Positions 21,030 through 28,830 of a stretch of DNA of 38,389 nucleotides are shown piece after piece. Within the stretch, counting starts at the first letter, position 1. Each line of letters starts with the position of its first letter. Under the pieces are notes generated by a model, which ran no database searches, was not told where the DNA came from, and saw only the letters and a list, made by a program, of their open reading frames with translations. The stretch is from the sequence record JX509734, one strand, 5' to 3'. The translations under genes were made by a program, and so were the position numbers. Source of the DNA: Enterobacteria phage SfI.

Positions 21030-21230
21030 TTATTTAATCAATGAGCTCTGAAAGGCATGAAGTCTATCATCCAAGTCTCAATTGATCGATACTTGCTATG
21101 TCTGATGAGACAAAACTGAGACACATAAGGCCTCACAATGGCTTGCAAGGCTTTACATGTTTTGATGTGGTGGGACGTGTGAGCGCAGTGTTGATGGGAT
21201 AATCCTTTGAATTACAAGCGGATTCTTATA

Positions 21231-21276
21231 ATTCGTAATGCGAAGGTCGTAGGTTCGACTCCTATTATCGGCACCA
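21231..21276 (+). other. attP core: 3-prime 46 nt of tRNA-Thr (thrW-type), ending GGCACCA
   Basis: ATTCGTAATGCGAAGGTCGTAGGTTCGACTCCTATTATCGGCACCA matches the anticodon-to-CCA portion of enterobacterial thrW as I remember it; upstream sequence is not tRNA-like; integrase gene lies 15 nt away. Confidence 0.75.
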
Positions 21277-21290
21277 TTAAAATCAATAAG

Positions 21291-22454
21291 TTACACATCA
21301 TTAGTACCTTCCTTATTTTTTGACTGGGACAAATTTGGGACCGATGGGTTCAGGATCGAGTCTATTTGCCGTGCGTGTTCGGTAAGGTGATTAGGTGCAA
21401 GGTGAGCATATCGACGAACCATTTCGATAGACTCCCAGCCTCCCATTTCCTGTAACACTGACAATGGGACTCCGGCTTGAACCAGCCAACTTGCCCAGGT
21501 GTGTCTCAAGTCGTGAAATCTGAAATCATCAATACCAGCCCGTCTCAGCGCCGCTTTCCAGGCTGTGTTTGCGTCATACCGCATCTTCCTTACTGTTGGC
21601 GCTTTCGTTCCGTCTGGTTTGGTACAGCTTTCCTTGTATACAAATACCCAACGGTGATGATTCCCGATTTGTTTTTTCAATACGCGACATGCAGTATCAT
21701 TCAGCGCAACGCCAATTGCGCGGTTTGATTTACTCTCTTCCGGGTTTATCCATGCCACCCGGCGCTGCATGTCTATTTGTTGCCATTCAAGGTTGATGAT
21801 GTTCGAGCGTCTTAAGCCTGTTGCCAGTGCAAATTCAACAACAGACTTTAATGGCTCCGGACATTCATCAATCAGCCTTTGTGCTTCATGAGGCTCCAGC
21901 CAGCGGATACGTTTATTCTTCGGTTGAGGCACTTTAATAATTGGTGCCTTATCCAGCATTTTCCATTCACGCTCTGCGGCTCTTAGCAGGGCCTTTATAA
22001 ATGAAAGATGCGTAGCCTTCGTTGCAACGGACGCTGGTTTTGGCGTGTATTCTGGAACAGGTTTCCCTTTTTTTCTGCATGCTTCTGCCCTGAGTTTCCA
22101 GTTTTCCTCATGACGCCGGTTCGTCATTTTCTGCATTGCTGAATAAATTTTTGATTCAGTAATGTCTTTTAGTTGCATTCCTGCGAAATGTTGAAGCCAG
22201 AATCCGATCCGGCTTTTGTCATCGTCCAGTGATTTTTTATGTGCTTTCTCTTCGAGCCACCTGACACACGCTTCCTCAAACGTCATATCAGGTATTTCAC
22301 CAAGTTTGCTGACCCGCCATGCTTCAGCCTTTAGCTTGTCATGGAGCTCTGTCGCCTGCCTTTTGTCCTTTGTTCCAAGAGACTGTTTAAATCTTTTACC
22401 GTTCGGCAATGTGAAACTGGCGTACCATATTTCACTTCTGCGGAAGAGTGACAT
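21291..22454 (-). CDS. int: Tyrosine integrase (P22 Int-like)
   Basis: 387-aa ORF ([47 protein letters not shown]...) with C-terminal [11 protein letters not shown]...RYAHL catalytic signature; adjacent to attP. Confidence 0.9.
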   Translation of the reverse strand: MSLFRRSEIWYASFTLPNGKRFKQSLGTKDKRQATELHDKLKAEAWRVSKLGEIPDMTFEEACVRWLEEKAHKKSLDDDKSRIGFWLQHFAGMQLKDITESKIYSAMQKMTNRRHEENWKLRAEACRKKGKPVPEYTPKPASVATKATHLSFIKALLRAAEREWKMLDKAPIIKVPQPKNKRIRWLEPHEAQRLIDECPEPLKSVVEFALATGLRRSNIINLEWQQIDMQRRVAWINPEESKSNRAIGVALNDTACRVLKKQIGNHHRWVFVYKESCTKPDGTKAPTVRKMRYDANTAWKAALRRAGIDDFRFHDLRHTWASWLVQAGVPLSVLQEMGGWESIEMVRRYAHLAPNHLTEHARQIDSILNPSVPNLSQSKNKEGTNDV

Positions 22455-22681
22455 TTTCTTTCCTCTGTTATGCCATCACCCGCGCTCACCTTGATAGTAT
22501 GCAGCGGAGACTGAAGCGCCGCAATGCAGGCTTGTCGCGTTGTGAGGTAAGGAGATTTTGGTTTAGTGGGGTCTTTGCGTGTTGCCTGTAGGCGGCCTGT
22601 TCGTATCCAGTTGGTGGCGGTTGGTCTGGATATCTTAAGAAACTGACAGGCCTCATCGAGTGTGAGGCTGTATGTTTCCAT
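22331..22681 (-). CDS. xis: Excisionase (P22 Xis-like)
   Basis: Track ORF 22331..22711; GAGG RBS favours the ATG at 22681 ([33 protein letters not shown]...); overlaps the int 5-prime end. Confidence 0.78.
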   Translation of the reverse strand: METYSLTLDEACQFLKISRPTATNWIRTGRLQATRKDPTKPKSPYLTTRQACIAALQSPLHTIKVSAGDGITEERKCHSSAEVKYGTPVSHCRTVKDLNSLLEQRTKGRRQSSMTS

Positions 22682-22931
22682 GGTTACCTCTGCTTTTTGA
22701 ACGCATGTCACGTAACTTCTTAATGTGTTCTGCCGTTTCGATCTCTTCTGCTATCCGATCTGCATCAGCTTTATTCACAGGTTCAAAGTCATGATTAAAG
22801 CGGAACATGCTGGCGATACATGTTCTGCCTTTTCGGATGTAGTGAACTTTGTTGTGGGTAGAACGCAGGATTTTGCAGGGAGTGCCGTGGTGGTCGACGT
22901 ACCAGGTGTTAGGCAAAATGATTCTGAACAT
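22653..22931 (-). CDS. Hypothetical protein
   Basis: 92-aa ORF with GAGGTG RBS; lies in the pL-distal accessory region. Confidence 0.5.
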   Translation of the reverse strand: MFRIILPNTWYVDHHGTPCKILRSTHNKVHYIRKGRTCIASMFRFNHDFEPVNKADADRIAEEIETAEHIKKLRDMRSKSRGNHGNIQPHTR

Positions 22932-22978
22932 TTTTACACCTCAGTTGGACGATGTTGAAATTTGCTGCCTTGAGGCCA

Positions 22979-23197
22979 TCACAGTCCCCATTGTTTGTTC
23001 TTAAGTTCGATCTCCTCCTGGCAACTTGCACAAGTCCGACAACCCTGAACAGCCAGGCGTCTTCGCTCATCTATCGGATCGCCACACTCACAACAATGAG
23101 TTGCGGATACAGTCTGGTAGTTCAGACGACGCATTTTTATTGCTGTATTGCGCTGTAATTCTTCGATTTCTGATGCTGAATCAATGATGTCTGCCAT
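22979..23197 (-). CDS. TraR/DksA-family C4 zinc-finger protein
   Basis: 72-aa ORF with CxxC-x17-CxxC (CECG...CRTC) and the size typical of phage TraR homologues. Confidence 0.68.
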   Translation of the reverse strand: MADIIDSASEIEELQRNTAIKMRRLNYQTVSATHCCECGDPIDERRRLAVQGCRTCASCQEEIELKNKQWGL

Positions 23198-23295
23198 CTT
23201 TCATTAATCCCTGAATTGTTGGTTAATACGCTTGAGGGTGAATGCGAATAATAAAAAAGGAGCCTGTAGCTCCCTGATGATTTTGCTTTTCATGT

Positions 23296-23511
23296 TCACC
23301 GTTCCTTAAAGACGCCGTTTAACATACCGATTGCCAGACTTAAGTGAGTCGGTGTGAATCCCATCAGCGTTACCGTTTCGCGGTGCTTCTTTAGTACGCT
23401 ACGGCAAATGTCATTGACGTTTTTATCCGGAAACTGCTGTCTGGCTTTTTTGATTTCATAATTAGCCTGACGGGCAATGCTGCGAAGGGCGTTATTATGT
23501 TCTATTGTCAT
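23296..23511 (-). CDS. Hypothetical protein (71 aa)
   Basis: Track ORF 23296..23649; RBS GAGG placed 9 nt upstream of the ATG at 23511, which sits 8 nt downstream of the preceding gene stop. Confidence 0.45.
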   Translation of the reverse strand: MTIEHNNALRSIARQANYEIKKARQQFPDKNVNDICRSVLKKHRETVTLMGFTPTHLSLAIGMLNGVFKER

Positions 23512-23518
23512 ATTGGCC

Positions 23519-24271
23519 TCACACTTCGAATGCCAGTTGAGGGGTAAAGACGTCCCGTTCAGCGTTGTAATTAAGTGAACTGGCACTGTTGAATGATTCA
23601 ATGCGTTCCACAAGAACTTGCGTACGGGTTTCTTTACTTGCGGGAGCATATGGCGAACCTACCCAGGATTTGTCGATGCCTATATTTCTTGCGACGTTCG
23701 TGCTGTCTGCAGACGAAAGCGGTACATGAGTAAAAATGTCTTTATTTAACATCCGTAACCCATGAATCTTGGTGATTGGGTAGCCGTACTGATCTACAAC
23801 ATGACGTATAAGATCGCGTAGTTTAGCCCGACACGCTCTCGGTCGTTTTGCATCGTATTCCCCCATCGAGCCGATGCAGACGCGGGGAAACTCATGGCAC
23901 AGACGAATAAATCGCTCATCTGGTTCGTTCATGTGCCACACCGGAGCACCAATAAATTTACCGTGAGGCCATGCCGCAATCAGGGCGTCATTCTCTTCAC
24001 TGGTTCCGCCGATAACATCCGGGATAACCGCGAATGAGAAACGAGGGTGATTGCCCCAGCGTTCAACAAATCTGTAATATTCATTCCAGTCTACGGCCTT
24101 GTTTTTTGTCCAGAATGTGAATGCACCATTATCAAGAGCAAATGATTGGGTGACTTCGGAAGCCAGATCAATCTGAGCTGGATTAGCAAAACTGATGAAT
24201 GCGTGTCTGCCTTTCCAGGCTTTCAACGCACAGGTATCGGGAGTTATTGGACCACCGTGAAAATGAATCAT
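23519..24271 (-). CDS. TGT-fold protein, candidate DpdA-like DNA-guanine transglycosylase (7-deazaguanine DNA modification)
   Basis: 250-aa ORF with GGGAGAG RBS. By eye it carries LDNGAF (compare DSGGFQ of tRNA-guanine transglycosylase), IGSMG (compare LMGVG) and SADSTNVARNIG (compare DCVMPTRNARNG) in the right order, and lacks the C-terminal zinc site, as phage DpdA proteins do. The gene is solid; the functional call is inference. Confidence 0.45.
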   Translation of the reverse strand: MIHFHGGPITPDTCALKAWKGRHAFISFANPAQIDLASEVTQSFALDNGAFTFWTKNKAVDWNEYYRFVERWGNHPRFSFAVIPDVIGGTSEENDALIAAWPHGKFIGAPVWHMNEPDERFIRLCHEFPRVCIGSMGEYDAKRPRACRAKLRDLIRHVVDQYGYPITKIHGLRMLNKDIFTHVPLSSADSTNVARNIGIDKSWVGSPYAPASKETRTQVLVERIESFNSASSLNYNAERDVFTPQLAFEV

Positions 24272-24432
24272 ACACTCTCCCGTTTATTATTTATCTCCTC
24301 AGCCAGCCGCTGGGCTTTCAGCGGATTTCGGATAACAGAAAGGCCGGGAAATACCCAGCCTCGCTTTGTAACGGAGTAGACGAAAGTGATCGCGCCTACC
24401 CGGATATTATCGTGAGGATGCTTCATCGCCAT
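24268..24432 (-). CDS. Lambda orf60a-like small protein
   Basis: 54-aa ORF ([54 protein letters not shown]) overlapping the exo stop and ATGA-coupled to the downstream gene; under 60 aa so absent from the track. Confidence 0.5.
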   Translation of the reverse strand: MAMKHPHDNIRVGAITFVYSVTKRGWVFPGLSVIRNPLKAQRLAEEINNKRESV

Positions 24433-25103
24433 TGCTCCCCAAATACAAAACCAATTTCAGCCAGTGCCTCGTCCATTTTTTCGATGAACTCCGGCACCAT
24501 CTCGTCAAAACTCGCCATGTAATTTTCATCCCGCTCAACCACGACATAATGCAGGCCTTCACGCTTCATTCGTGGGTCATAGTTGGCAAAGTACCAGGCA
24601 TCTTTTCGCGTTACCCACATGCTGTACTGCACCTGGGCCATGTAAGCCGACTTTATGGCCTCGAAACCACCGAGCCGGAATTTCATGAAATCCCGGGAGG
24701 TAAACGGGCATTTCAGTTCAAGGCCGTTGCCGTCACTGCATAAACCATCGGGAGAGCAGGCGGTGCGCATATTTTCGTCGCGATAGATGATCGGGGATTC
24801 AGTAACATTCACGCCGGAAGTGAATTCAAACAGGGTTCTGGCGTCGTTCTCGTACTGTTTTCCCCAGGCCAGCGCCTTAGCATTAACTTCCGGAGCCACA
24901 CCGGTGCAAACCTCAGCCAGCAGGGTGTGGAAGTAGGACATTTTCATGTCAGGCCACTTCTTTCCTGAGCGGGGCTTTGCTATCACGTTGTGAACTTCTG
25001 AAGCGGTGATGACGCCGAGCCGTAATTTGTGCCATGCATCATCCCCCTGTTCGACAGCTCTCACGTCGATCCCGGTACGCTGCAGGATAATGTCCGGTGT
25101 CAT
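24423..25103 (-). CDS. exo: Lambda-type 5-prime to 3-prime exonuclease Exo (Red-alpha)
   Basis: 226-aa ORF ([53 protein letters not shown]...) matching lambda Exo as remembered; coupled to bet. Confidence 0.9.
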   Translation of the reverse strand: MTPDIILQRTGIDVRAVEQGDDAWHKLRLGVITASEVHNVIAKPRSGKKWPDMKMSYFHTLLAEVCTGVAPEVNAKALAWGKQYENDARTLFEFTSGVNVTESPIIYRDENMRTACSPDGLCSDGNGLELKCPFTSRDFMKFRLGGFEAIKSAYMAQVQYSMWVTRKDAWYFANYDPRMKREGLHYVVVERDENYMASFDEMVPEFIEKMDEALAEIGFVFGEQWR

Positions 25104-25885
25104 GCTGCCACCTTCTGCTCAGTGGCTTTCTGTTTCAGGAATCCAAGAGCTTTCACTGCTTCGGCCTGTGTCAGTTCTGACGATGCGCGAATGTCGCGGC
25201 GAAATATCTGGGAACAGAGCGGCAATAAGTCGTCATCCCATGTTTTATCCAGGGCGATCAGCAGAGTGTTAATCTCCTGCATGGTTTCATCGTTAACCGG
25301 AGTGATGTCGCGTTCCGGCTGACGTTCTGCAGTGTATGCAGTATTTTCGACAATGCGCTCGGCTTCATCCTTGTCATAGATACCAGCAAATCCGAAGGCC
25401 AGACGGGCACACTGAATCATGGCTTTATGCCGTAACATCCGTTTGGGATGCGACTGCCACGGTCCGGTGATTTCTCTGCCTTCGCGGGTTTTGAATGGTT
25501 CGCGGCGGCATTCATCCATCCACTCGGTAACGCAGATCGGATGATTACGGTCCTTGCGGTAAATCCGGCATGTGCAGGATTCATTGTCCTGCTCAAAGTC
25601 CATGCCATCAAACTGCTGGTTTTCATTGATGATACGGGACCAGCCATCAACGCCCACCACCGGAACGATGCCGTTCTGCTTGTCAGGGAAGGCGTAAATT
25701 TCTTTCGTCCACGGATTAAGGCCGTACTGGTTGGCGACGATCAACAATGCGATGAACTGCGCATCGCTGGCATCACCTTTAAATGCCGTCTGGCGAAGAG
25801 TGGTGATCAGTTCCTGTGGGTCGACAGAATCCATGCCGACACGTTCAGCCAGCTTCCCAGCCAGCGTTGCGAGTGCTGTACTCAT
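25100..25885 (-). CDS. bet: Bet single-strand annealing protein (Red-beta)
   Basis: 261-aa ORF ([66 protein letters not shown]...) matching lambda Bet as remembered. Confidence 0.9.
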   Translation of the reverse strand: MSTALATLAGKLAERVGMDSVDPQELITTLRQTAFKGDASDAQFIALLIVANQYGLNPWTKEIYAFPDKQNGIVPVVGVDGWSRIINENQQFDGMDFEQDNESCTCRIYRKDRNHPICVTEWMDECRREPFKTREGREITGPWQSHPKRMLRHKAMIQCARLAFGFAGIYDKDEAERIVENTAYTAERQPERDITPVNDETMQEINTLLIALDKTWDDDLLPLCSQIFRRDIRASSELTQAEAVKALGFLKQKATEQKVAA

Positions 25886-25890
25886 CCGTT

Positions 25891-26307
25891 TTATACCTCT
25901 GAATCAATATCAACCTGGTGGTGAGCAATGGTTTCAACCATGTACCGGATGTGTTCTGCCATGCGCTCCTGAAACTCAACATCGTCATCAAACGCACGGG
26001 TAATGGCTTTTTTGATGGCCCCGTGGCGTTGCAAATGATCGAAGCATAGCGATTCAAACAGGTGCTGGGGCAGGCCTTTTTCCATGTCGTCTGCCAGTTC
26101 TGCCTCTTTCTCTTCACGGGCGATCTGCTGGTAGTGACGCGCCCAGCTCTGAGCCTCAAGACGATCCTGAATGTAATAAGCGTTCATGGCTGAACTCCTG
26201 AAATAGCTGTGAAAATATCGCCCGCGAAATGCCGGGCTGATTAGGAAAACAGGAAAGGGGGTTAGTGAATGCTTTTGCTTGATCTCAGTTTCAGTATTAA
26301 TATCCAT
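25891..26307 (-). CDS. gam: Gam, RecBCD inhibitor
   Basis: 138-aa ORF ([61 protein letters not shown]...) matching lambda Gam as remembered. Confidence 0.9.
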   Translation of the reverse strand: MDINTETEIKQKHSLTPFPVFLISPAFRGRYFHSYFRSSAMNAYYIQDRLEAQSWARHYQQIAREEKEAELADDMEKGLPQHLFESLCFDHLQRHGAIKKAITRAFDDDVEFQERMAEHIRYMVETIAHHQVDIDSEV

Positions 26308-26405
26308 TTTTTATAAGCGTCGACGGCCTCACGAAACATCTTTTCATCGCCAATAAAAGTGGCGATAGTGAATTTAGTCTGGATAGCCATAAGTGTTTGA
26401 TCCAT
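26262..26405 (-). CDS. kil: Kil (host cell-division inhibitor)
   Basis: 47-aa reading frame [47 protein letters not shown] inside track ORF 26262..26531, with GGAG RBS; overlaps the gam start as in lambda. Confidence 0.72.
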   Translation of the reverse strand: MDQTLMAIQTKFTIATFIGDEKMFREAVDAYKKWILILKLRSSKSIH

Positions 26406-26538
26406 TTTTTGGGACTCCTGGCTGATTAAGTATGTCGATAAGGCGTTTCCATCCGTCACGTAATTTACGGGTGATTCGTTCAAGTAAAGATTCGGAAGGG
26501 CAGCCAGCAACAGGCCACCCTGCAATGGCATATTGCAT
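26374..26538 (-). CDS. cIII: cIII, FtsH (HflB) protease inhibitor
   Basis: 54-aa frame read by hand ([54 protein letters not shown]), overlapping the kil start; under 60 aa so absent from the track. Confidence 0.8.
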   Translation of the reverse strand: MQYAIAGWPVAGCPSESLLERITRKLRDGWKRLIDILNQPGVPKNGSNTYGYPD

Positions 26539-26610
26539 GGTGTGCTCCTTATTTATACATAACGAAAAACGCCTCGAGTGAAGCGTTATTGGTATGCGGT
26601 AACGCCGCGC

Positions 26611-26979
26611 TCAGGCGGCTTTGATAGTCATATCATCTGAATCAAATATTCCTGATGTATCGATATCGGTAATTCTTATTCCTTCGCTACCATCCATTGG
26701 AGGCCATCCTTCCTGACCATTTCCATCATTCCAGTCGAACTCACACACAACACCATATGCATTTAAGTCGCTTGAAATTGCTATAAGCAGAGCATGTTGC
26801 GCCAGCATGATTAATACAGCATTTAATACAGAACCGTGTTTATTGAGTCGGTATTCAGAGTCTGACCAGAAATTATTAATCTGGTGAAGTTTTTCCTCTG
26901 TCATTACGTCATGGTCGATTTCAATTTCTATTGATGCTTTCCAGTCGTAATCAATGATGTATTTTTTGATGTTTGACAT
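26611..26979 (-). CDS. ea10: Ea10-like protein
   Basis: 122-aa ORF with GAGGA RBS, at the lambda ea10 position between cIII and ral; identity from memory of size and context. Confidence 0.6.
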   Translation of the reverse strand: MSNIKKYIIDYDWKASIEIEIDHDVMTEEKLHQINNFWSDSEYRLNKHGSVLNAVLIMLAQHALLIAISSDLNAYGVVCEFDWNDGNGQEGWPPMDGSEGIRITDIDTSGIFDSDDMTIKAA

Positions 26980-26995
26980 CTATTCATATCCTCAC

Positions 26996-27024
26996 AGAAA
27001 AAAATCGCCCTCACACTGGAGGGC
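26996..27024 (-). terminator. Rho-independent terminator (tL2-like) in the pL operon
   Basis: On the minus strand GCCCTC-CAGTGT-GAGGGC hairpin followed by GATTTTTTTCT, between ral and ea10. Confidence 0.5.
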
Positions 27025-27181
27025 AAAGAAGATTTCCAATAATCAGAACAAGTCGGCTCCTGTTTAGTTACGAGCGACATTGCTCCGTGTATTCACTCGT
27101 TGGAATGAATACACAGTGCAGTGTTTATTCTGTTATTTATGCCAAAAATAAAGGCCACTATCAGGCAGCTTTGTTGTTCTG

Positions 27182-27361
27182 TTAACCAAGTTCTCTGGCA
27201 ATCATTGCCGTCGTTCGTATTGCCCATTTATCGACATATTTCCCATCTTCCATTACAGGAAACATTTCTTCAGGCTTAACCATGCATTCCGATTGCAGCT
27301 TGCATCCATTGCATCGCTTGAATTGTCCACACCATTGATTTTTATCAATAGTCGTAGTCAT
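27182..27361 (-). CDS. ral: Ral-like restriction alleviation protein
   Basis: 59-aa frame read by hand (MTTTIDKNQWCGQFKRCNGCKLQSECMVKPEEMFPVMEDGKYVDKWAIRTTAMIARELG); lambda Ral as I remember it is a few residues longer at the C-terminus. Confidence 0.62.
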   Translation of the reverse strand: MTTTIDKNQWCGQFKRCNGCKLQSECMVKPEEMFPVMEDGKYVDKWAIRTTAMIARELG

Positions 27362-27431
27362 ACGGATAGTCCTGGTATTGTTCCATCACATCCTGAGGAT
27401 GCTCTTCGAACTCTTCAAATTCTTCTTCCAT
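27345..27431 (-). CDS. Small acidic peptide (28 aa), lambda orf28-like
   Basis: MEEEFEEFEEHPQDVMEQYQDYPYDYDY with GAGGTG RBS; overlaps the ral start. Confidence 0.3.
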   Translation of the reverse strand: MEEEFEEFEEHPQDVMEQYQDYPYDYDY

Positions 27432-27631
27432 ATATCACCTCAAATAAGTTGTTTGCTGCGAAAGTAAATACGCTTAAGTTACCTGTTATTTATTCCACCA
27501 AGTTCCGTATCTATCTATCCAGTTACACCAATCATCGACACTCCATTTTGTTGTGTCGCATTTTGGCAACTGGCATGAATATCTACCTTCTTTGTAAAGT
27601 CGGCGTTTGACTTTCTTGAGCATGGCTCACC

Positions 27632-27964
27632 TCAATCGTAATAAGCTGGAATTGATTTTCCGCGTTGCTTCTGGCGGCCTGAGCAAGTCACACCCATTTC
27701 ACAGCGTGGCTTGCTGTACCATGTGCGCTGATTCTTGCGCTCAATACGTTGCAGGTTGCTTTCAATCTGTTCGTGGTATTCAGCCAGCACCGTAAGGTCT
27801 ATCGGATTCAGTGCGCTTTCTACTCGTGATTTCGGTTTGCGATTCAGCGAGAGAATAGGGCAGTTAACTGGTTTTGCGCTTACCCCAACCAACAGGGGAT
27901 TTGCTGCTTTCCATTGAGCCTGTTTCTCTGCGCGACGTTCGCGGCGGCGTGCTTGTGCATCCAT
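27632..27964 (-). CDS. N: N antiterminator (lambda-type, Arg-rich motif)
   Basis: Track ORF 27632..28054; true start at MDAQARRRERRAEKQAQWKAANPLLVGVSAKPVN... (ATG at 27964, preceded by AGGAGAATCCAG); the C-terminal about 25 aa differ from lambda N as remembered. Confidence 0.82.
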   Translation of the reverse strand: MDAQARRRERRAEKQAQWKAANPLLVGVSAKPVNCPILSLNRKPKSRVESALNPIDLTVLAEYHEQIESNLQRIERKNQRTWYSKPRCEMGVTCSGRQKQRGKSIPAYYD

Positions 27965-28074
27965 CTGGATTCTCCTGTCAGTTAGCTTTGAGTAACGCGC
28001 CGTGATGCTTATCTCCACGGTTGCTGTCTTGCAGCTGCATTTCGCGCTACTCAAAGCCTTCTGCTTTGAATGCT

Positions 28075-28105
28075 GCCCTTCTTCAGGGCTAAATTTTTAA
28101 GAGCC
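28075..28105 (-). promoter_or_regulatory. nutL site (boxA-like GCTCTTA plus boxB GCCCTGAAGAAGGGC)
   Basis: On the minus strand GCTCTTAAAAATTTAGCCCTGAAGAAGGGC; boxB is a perfect 5-bp stem with GAAGA loop; boxA differs at one position from the lambda CGCTCTTA. Confidence 0.7.
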
Positions 28106-28145
28106 TCACCTTCAATGGTGGTCAGTGCGTCCTGCTGATGTGCTC

Positions 28146-28208
28146 AGTATCACCGCTAGTGGTATTTATGTCAACACCGCCAGAGATAATTTATCACCGC
28201 AGATGGTT
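28146..28208 (-). promoter_or_regulatory. pL promoter with oL1-oL2-oL3 repressor operators
   Basis: On the minus strand TTGACA (28169-28174) and GATACT (28146-28151) with 17-bp spacing; three 17-bp operators at 28148-28164, 28172-28188 and 28192-28208 with the TATCACCGC half-site. Confidence 0.8.
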
Positions 28209-28353
28209 ATCTGTATGTTTTTTATATGAATTTATTTTTTGCAGGGGGCATTGTTTGGTAGGTGAGAGATCTGAATTGCTATGTTTAGTGAGTTGTATCT
28301 ATTTATTTTTCAATAAATACAATTGGTTATGTGTTTTGGGGGCGATCGTGAGG

Positions 28354-28380
28354 CAAAGAAAACCCGGCGCTGAGGCCGGG
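28354..28380 (-). terminator. Terminator downstream of rexB (timm-like)
   Basis: CCCGGC/GCCGGG stem with 6-nt loop immediately after the rexB stop, followed on the minus strand by TTTTCTTTG. Confidence 0.45.
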
Positions 28381-28815
28381 TTATTCTTGTTCTCTGGTCA
28401 AATTATATAGTTGGAAAACAAGGATGCATATATGAATGAACGATGCAGAGGCAATGCCGATGGCGATAGTGGGTATCATGTAGCCGCTTATGCTGGAAAG
28501 AAGCAATAACCCGCAGAAAAACAAAGCTCCAAGCTCAACAAAACTAAGGGCATAGACAATAACTACCGATGTCATATACCCATACTCTCTAATCTTGGCC
28601 AGTCGGCGCGTTCTGCTTCCGATTAGAAACGTCAAGGCAGCAATCAGGATTGCAATCATGGTTCCTGCATATGATGACAATGTCGCCCCAAGACCATCTC
28701 TATGAGCTGAAAAAGAAACACCAGGAATGTAGTGGCGGAAAAGGAGATAGCAAATGCTTACGATAACGTAAGGAATTATTACTATGTAAACACCAGGCAT
28801 GATTCTGTTCCGCAT
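28381..28815 (-). CDS. rexB: RexB, membrane channel of the Rex abortive-infection/exclusion system
   Basis: 144-aa polytopic membrane ORF immediately downstream of rexA in the cI operon; AT-rich. Confidence 0.85.
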   Translation of the reverse strand: MRNRIMPGVYIVIIPYVIVSICYLLFRHYIPGVSFSAHRDGLGATLSSYAGTMIAILIAALTFLIGSRTRRLAKIREYGYMTSVVIVYALSFVELGALFFCGLLLLSSISGYMIPTIAIGIASASFIHICILVFQLYNLTREQE

Positions 28816-28830
28816 AATTACTCCTGATAA

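Noticed and set aside
21030-21230. Possible Dam/OxyR phase-variation switch upstream of gtrA, as described for some gtr operons
   Set aside because: I could find only a single GATC (about 21084-21087) in the upstream region, not the paired GATC sites within OxyR half-sites that such switches need.
23519-24271. Alternative reading of the 250-aa protein as a generic lambda ea-region protein (Ea22/Ea8.5-type)
   Set aside because: Its length does not fit those proteins as I remember them, while the three TGT-like motifs occur in the correct order; retained as DpdA-like, but only as a hypothesis.
27293-27610. Plus-strand 105-aa ORF antisense to ral and the N leader
   Set aside because: Low-complexity translation, no RBS, and it overlaps the better-supported minus-strand ral and small-peptide frames in the pL operon.
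28148-28164. oL1 reads TATCACCGCTAGTGGTA, one base different from the lambda oL1 as I remember it (TATCACCGCCAGTGGTA); considered as a possible operator (virulence-type) mutation
   Set aside because: The neighbouring N leader, nutL boxA and the N C-terminus also differ from lambda at several positions, so this looks like ordinary divergence in a lambda relative. My recollection of the reference operator is not verified, so an alignment would be needed before reading anything into it.
28138-28410. Plus-strand 90-aa ORF spanning the oL/pL operator region
   Set aside because: It covers the three repressor operators and the pL core promoter; the region is regulatory DNA, so the ORF is a chance open frame.
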